From the human T2T-CHM13v2.0 reference genome, Homo sapiens, in assembly GCF_009914755.1 (NCBI RefSeq), contig NC_060927.1: a stretch of 64,000 nucleotides of DNA; one strand, given 5' to 3'. Shown piece by piece: positions 58,169 to 64,000 of this stretch (positions are counted from its first letter, which is position 1; each line of letters opens with the position of its first letter). The position numbers were made by a program, and so were the translations under genes. The notes under the pieces are model-generated. The model made no database searches and had not been told where the DNA came from. It worked only from the letters and a program-made list of their open reading frames with translations.

Positions 58169-58389
58169 CTCTTCTCAAAGCTATTTTTCGAGTTTGGCTC
58201 CCCTGCGTGGAGAAGGCTGAGGCCATCTGAAACCTCCAAGGGCTCCTCTTGGTCGTCAGCTCTGCTTTTGAGGCTCAGTTCTTTTTCCCTCTTTTTCTCC
58301 ATCTGCTTCTGTAACCATTTGTGCTGCATCTCCTGCATTGCCTTGAACTGGAGCCGCAAAGTGTTCTGTGAGCTTTCATCTGCTGCCAT
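58169..58389 (-). CDS. CCDC13: CCDC13 exon 2 (first coding exon; exon starts at 58395)
   Basis: tgatgcctag|GGCAGG ATG GCA; MAADESSQNTLRLQFKAMQEMQHKWLQKQMEKK..NSFEK; donor AG|gtaaat; 221 coding nt. Confidence 0.97.
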
Positions 58390-59081
58390 CCTGCCCTAGG
58401 CATCAGAAAAGAAGCCTCAGCTGAAGCAAACTCCACACCGAGCGCTCAGCACACAGTCCGCCCTGTCTGCAGCCCCAGCCTTGGAGTTTACTGCTTCGCG
58501 TTGCATGTATGTCCACGCAGAAGCTTGGAAGCTCCACCCTCACCTCAGATCACTAGAAACCCAAGGTTGAACTGAGCATCCTCCCCAGTTCCTGAACATG
58601 CCACCAGATTGCACATGGCATCAGAATAGTCTCCATCACTCAGACTCAACACTTGACTCTTGCCTGTCCCTTAAATCAATGGTTCTCAACTCTGGTTGAA
58701 CATTGAAATCCCCTAGGAACTCCTAAATAACAATGCCTGGGACCATTTCCAGACCAGCTAAATCCCAGTTTCTAGGAACAGGGCTTGGCCATCATTTCTT
58801 CTTTTTCTTTTTAAATTCAGGTATAATTCACATGCAATAAAGCACATAAATCCTGACCATACGGCTCAGTGAATCTTTCCATAGACATATACCTCTGTGG
58901 TGACCACCCAGATCAAGGTACAGGGCACTTACGGTCCCTGAGCAGGCTACTTTGTGCCCCTTCCAGTGAATCATCCCCCAAGGTAACCATTATTCTGACC
59001 GCTACCACCTAAGATTAATTTTGTCTGGTTTCTTTTTAGTCAGTCTATCAAAGAATAATTTATGTACAATAAAATCCACCA

Positions 59082-59365
59082 GGTTGGGTGCAGTGGCTCA
59101 TGCCTTGCAATCACAGCACTTTGGGAGGCCAAGGTGAGTAGACTGCTTGAGACCAGGAGTTTGAGACCAGCCTGTATAACATGGCAAAACCCCATCTCTA
59201 CAAAAAATTGGTTGTGGTGGTGCATGCCTGTAGTCCCAGCTACTTAGGAGGCTGAGGTGGCAAGATCGCTTGAGCCCAGGAAGTGGAGGCTGCAGTGAGC
59301 CATGATTGTGCCACTATATTCCATTGTGAGTAACAGTGAGACCCTGTCTCCAAAAAAAAAAAAAA
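59082..59365 (+). mobile_element. AluJ-like element
   Basis: Diverged dimer containing gcttgagcccaggaagtggaggctgcagtgagc. Confidence 0.85.
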
Positions 59366-60054
59366 CACAAATTTTATGTGTACAAATGAGTTTTGACAAA
59401 TATATTCACTTGTGTAAACCACCTCCACCATCGTGAAAGAACATTTTCATCACCCCAAAATCCTCCTTTGTGCCCTTTTGCAGTCAATTTCCAGCCAATC
59501 CCAATCCCAATCCCAGGCAAACTCTGGTCTGCTTTTGTTCACTACAGTTTTGCCTTTTCTGGAATTTCATATAACTAGAATCATACAGTCGTTAGCCTTT
59601 TGTGTCTGGCTTCTTTTTTGCTCAGCACTACCTTTTTGAGATTCATCAATGTCATTGCACACATTATAAGCTCATTCGTTTTTATTACTGAGTAATATTA
59701 CCTTGTTTAAATAAACAAGAATTTGATTATACATTCACTTGTTATTGGACATCTGAGCTGTTTCCAGTTTTGGCTATTATGAATAAAGCCGTTATGAACA
59801 TTCATGTATAAGAAGGTATTTGTGTGAATGTATGTTTTTATTTCTCTTGGGTAAATACATAGAAGTGAAAATTCTGGCTTATATGGTAATTTATGTTTAA
59901 CTTCATAAGAAACTGCTAAACTGTTTGCCAGAGTGGTTGTACCATTTTACATTCTTACTAGCAATGGGAGTCCCAGTTGCGCCATCCTCGTCAGCATTTA
60001 GGCTAGTCAGTCTAAATTTTAGACTTTCTCATTAGTATGTAAAATGGTATCTCA

Positions 60055-60855
<801 letters not shown>

Positions 60856-62261
60856 AAAATGGTATCTCAATGTGTTTTTAATTTGTATTTCTCTGTTGAC
60901 TAGTTATGTTGAGCATCTTTTCATGTGCTTGTTGACCATGTGTATATCTTCTTTTGTGATGTGTCTATTCACATTTTTTGCCCATTTTTAAATTGTATTA
61001 GACAATACAATTTACAGTCACAATACAATCACTCACTGTTACTGAATGATCAGTTTCTTGTACATTCTTGATACTTTGTCTGTTTGAACTTCACATAAAT
61101 GAAATAATAGAGCACAGACACTGGAATTATTAAATGCTCCCCTCACGATTTTAAAGTGTAGCCAGTGGTAAGCATCCCTGCCTTAAACCAACCTCAAGCC
61201 ACATCATCTACCTATCATCCAATTAATCATAAATCTTGTTTATTTTCCATAAATGTCCTAAAATCTGCCCCCATGTCTCCATTCCCACTGATACCAGGCT
61301 CATAACCACCTTGGGGTATCTGCACTTGCTGTTACCTCTCCAGGAATGTCCTTCCCCCAGACATCTACCTTACCTACTTCCTCTCAAATGTCACCTTATC
61401 ACAGAGGTCTCCTCATATCCTATTGTAGAAGGCATCCCTGCCCTCGCTCCCCATGCCCTTGCCCTGTTTTGTCTTCCTCCATGGCACTGAGAGTCATCTG
61501 ACACATTATATTTTGATTTGTTTACTTGTTGACTGCCTCTCTCCCTCCCCACCAGCTTCACAATGGCAGGCACTGTGTTGTTCATTGCTGTATCCTCAGT
61601 GCCTGTAGCAGGGCCTGGTATATGGCAGGCATGGAATGAATACTTGCTGAACAAATGAATAACATTTGCTGAGGGACAAGTTTCTCTAAACCACAGCTCT
61701 GAGCCTGACAGACTCCTGTGCAAAAAGCTTCAGCAGATGCCCCTTAGCCACAAAGCCAAGTCCAATGGCATTAAGCGCTTTGGATTTGGCCTCTGTGTCC
61801 TTCTAGCCTGTTTTCCCTTTCATAATGCTAACTTCTAGCTAGTTGTGTTGACTTGCTCCTCTGTTCCTATACCTCCTTCTCCCCCCAAGGCTTAAATCTT
61901 GCTGGTCCTCCTACACCCAGCATGAATACCATGGTCCTTTTCTGACCCGCCAGGAGGAATACTCTACCTACCCAAACAGCTTCAACTGCTCTATCTGTAC
62001 CTTCTTAATATACTTATCTCCATCTCACACACAGGGGTGGTCCCAGAGCCTGTACCCAGTTACTCTTAAACTTGCTTCAATACCAAATCCCCAGGATACA
62101 ATCTAAAAATGCTGATAACCAGGCCCACCCCTAGAGAATCTGATTTAAATTAGTCTGGAGTGGAGACCAAGCATGGGATGGTTTAACTGCTGCCCAGCTG
62201 GTTTTAATGTGCTGTGGGCTGAGCCCAGGGTTTGGCAAAGGTCAAACAAAAGCAGAAGCTG

Positions 62262-62810
62262 GTGTTATGTTGAAATTCCTTACCAGGCAGCTCTGCCCAG
62301 TAAGAGGAACTATAAAGAATTAACTCTGAAAACCTGTATTGTGCACACCCGCACATTCCAAAAAACATGTTTGGCCTTTGACCCGCTCCTAAGAGAGAAT
62401 CTCTGAGCCCTTGGACCATCCTTCCTGATGAGAGTGTTTTTCTTCACCTGGGGACCTTGGGCCATTCCAGTCCATGTTAATTAACAATGTGATTCATTGC
62501 CAGGTGCAGGGTAGGCTGGAGGGGGCTGGAGATCGAGTGACTAAGGTCAACTGTACCTACGTAACCATCTCCTAATAAAAACCCTGGACACCAAGACTCA
62601 GGGGAGCTTCCCTGGCTGGCAGTACTCCATGTAAGTTGCCACGAATTGTTTCTGGGAGAAGTAAGTACTGTCAACATGACTCCACTGGGAGAAGACAACT
62701 GGAAGCTTGCACCTGGTGTCTCCTGGACTCTGCCCTATGTGTCTCTTTGCTGATTTTGACCCGTATTCTTTCATTGTAATAAACAATACATGTGAGTATA
62801 ATAGCTGGCC
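62262..62810 (+). mobile_element. MER21-like LTR (truncated)
   Basis: aaaaccctggacaccaagactcaggggagcttccctggctggcag..gactccactgggagaagacaactggaagc motifs. Confidence 0.65.
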
Positions 62811-62826
62811 CAAAGGCTATATCCTT

Positions 62827-63398
62827 TGTTAAAAGATAAACGTTAGGCCAGGCATGATGGCTCACACCTGTAATCCCAGCACTTTGGAAGGCCAAGGTGG
62901 AAGCACAGCTTGAGCCCAGGAGGTTGAGACTACAATGAGCTGTGATCGCGCCACTGCACTCTAACCTGGGTGACAGTCAGACCCTGTCTCCAAAATAAAA
63001 AAAGAAAAACTTTAAACAAATCAAATTTAACAGAATTCAACTGAGCAAAGAATGATTCACAAATCTAGCAGCCCCCAGAACCAGAACAGATTCAGAGTGA
63101 CTCCAGGGCTGCCACCTAGTCGAAAAAGATTTATGAACAGAAAAAGGAAAGTGATGAACAGAAAGCACAAGTGAGGTACAGAAACAGCTAGACTGATTAC
63201 AGCTGGCTGTTTGCCTTTTTTGAATACAATTTGAATAGCTGGCTGCCTGTGATTGGCTGAAACTCTGTGACTGGTACAAGAGTAGATTGCAGTCTGTTTA
63301 AATTCCTAGTCAGGTTACAGTTTACTACGTACAGAGAAACCTTTAGGCTGAACTTAGAATATATAAGAAGGCAGCTTTAGGCTACAGTTAGTTTAACA
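62827..63398. mobile_element. ERV1 MER4-group solo LTR containing a FLAM/Alu monomer (62846-63008)
   Basis: tgttaaa..tttaaca termini, internal gattggctga and cctttaggctgaac motifs. Confidence 0.6.
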
Positions 63399-63500
63399 CA
63401 TCCCACAGACATTTTTGTTTGGCTCTTACAGAACACTATGTTAGGATTTGAATTTGTTGCCAACATTCAAAGAATTGTAGTTTCAATATCAGATTTCCAG

Positions 63501-64000
<500 letters not shown>

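Overview
Human (primate) genomic DNA, recognisable as the chr3p22.1 HHATL-CCDC13 locus; both genes are on the minus strand. All 15 coding exons of CCDC13 (exons 2-16, 58395->8994) can be reconstructed by hand. Every junction is GT-AG and phase-compatible, giving 2148 nt = 715 aa + stop. The non-coding exon 1 lies beyond the right edge. At the left end are the first coding exon and 5' region of HHATL. Splice and polyA signals fit the antisense lncRNAs HHATL-AS1 and CCDC13-AS1. Introns hold about 20 Alus, a 5'-truncated L1PA, a two-LTR MER41A-type provirus with a 4-bp TSD, MaLR/MER4-group LTRs, DNA-transposon relics and microsatellites. I do not see a new multi-gene system. The most notable unexplained structures are: (i) a ~255-bp unique segment plus Alu that is duplicated in inverted orientation 40 kb apart inside CCDC13, apparently by Alu-templated repair, bracketing exons 6-14; (ii) splice phases that allow an in-frame CCDC13-HHATL read-through fusion; (iii) a triplicated U5-end/PBS module and a near-perfect RFX X-box in the provirus; (iv) an Alu-derived 46-bp minisatellite. 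Repeat subfamily names and lncRNA names are from recall and were not database-verified. Repeat boundaries are approximate unless a TSD is quoted.
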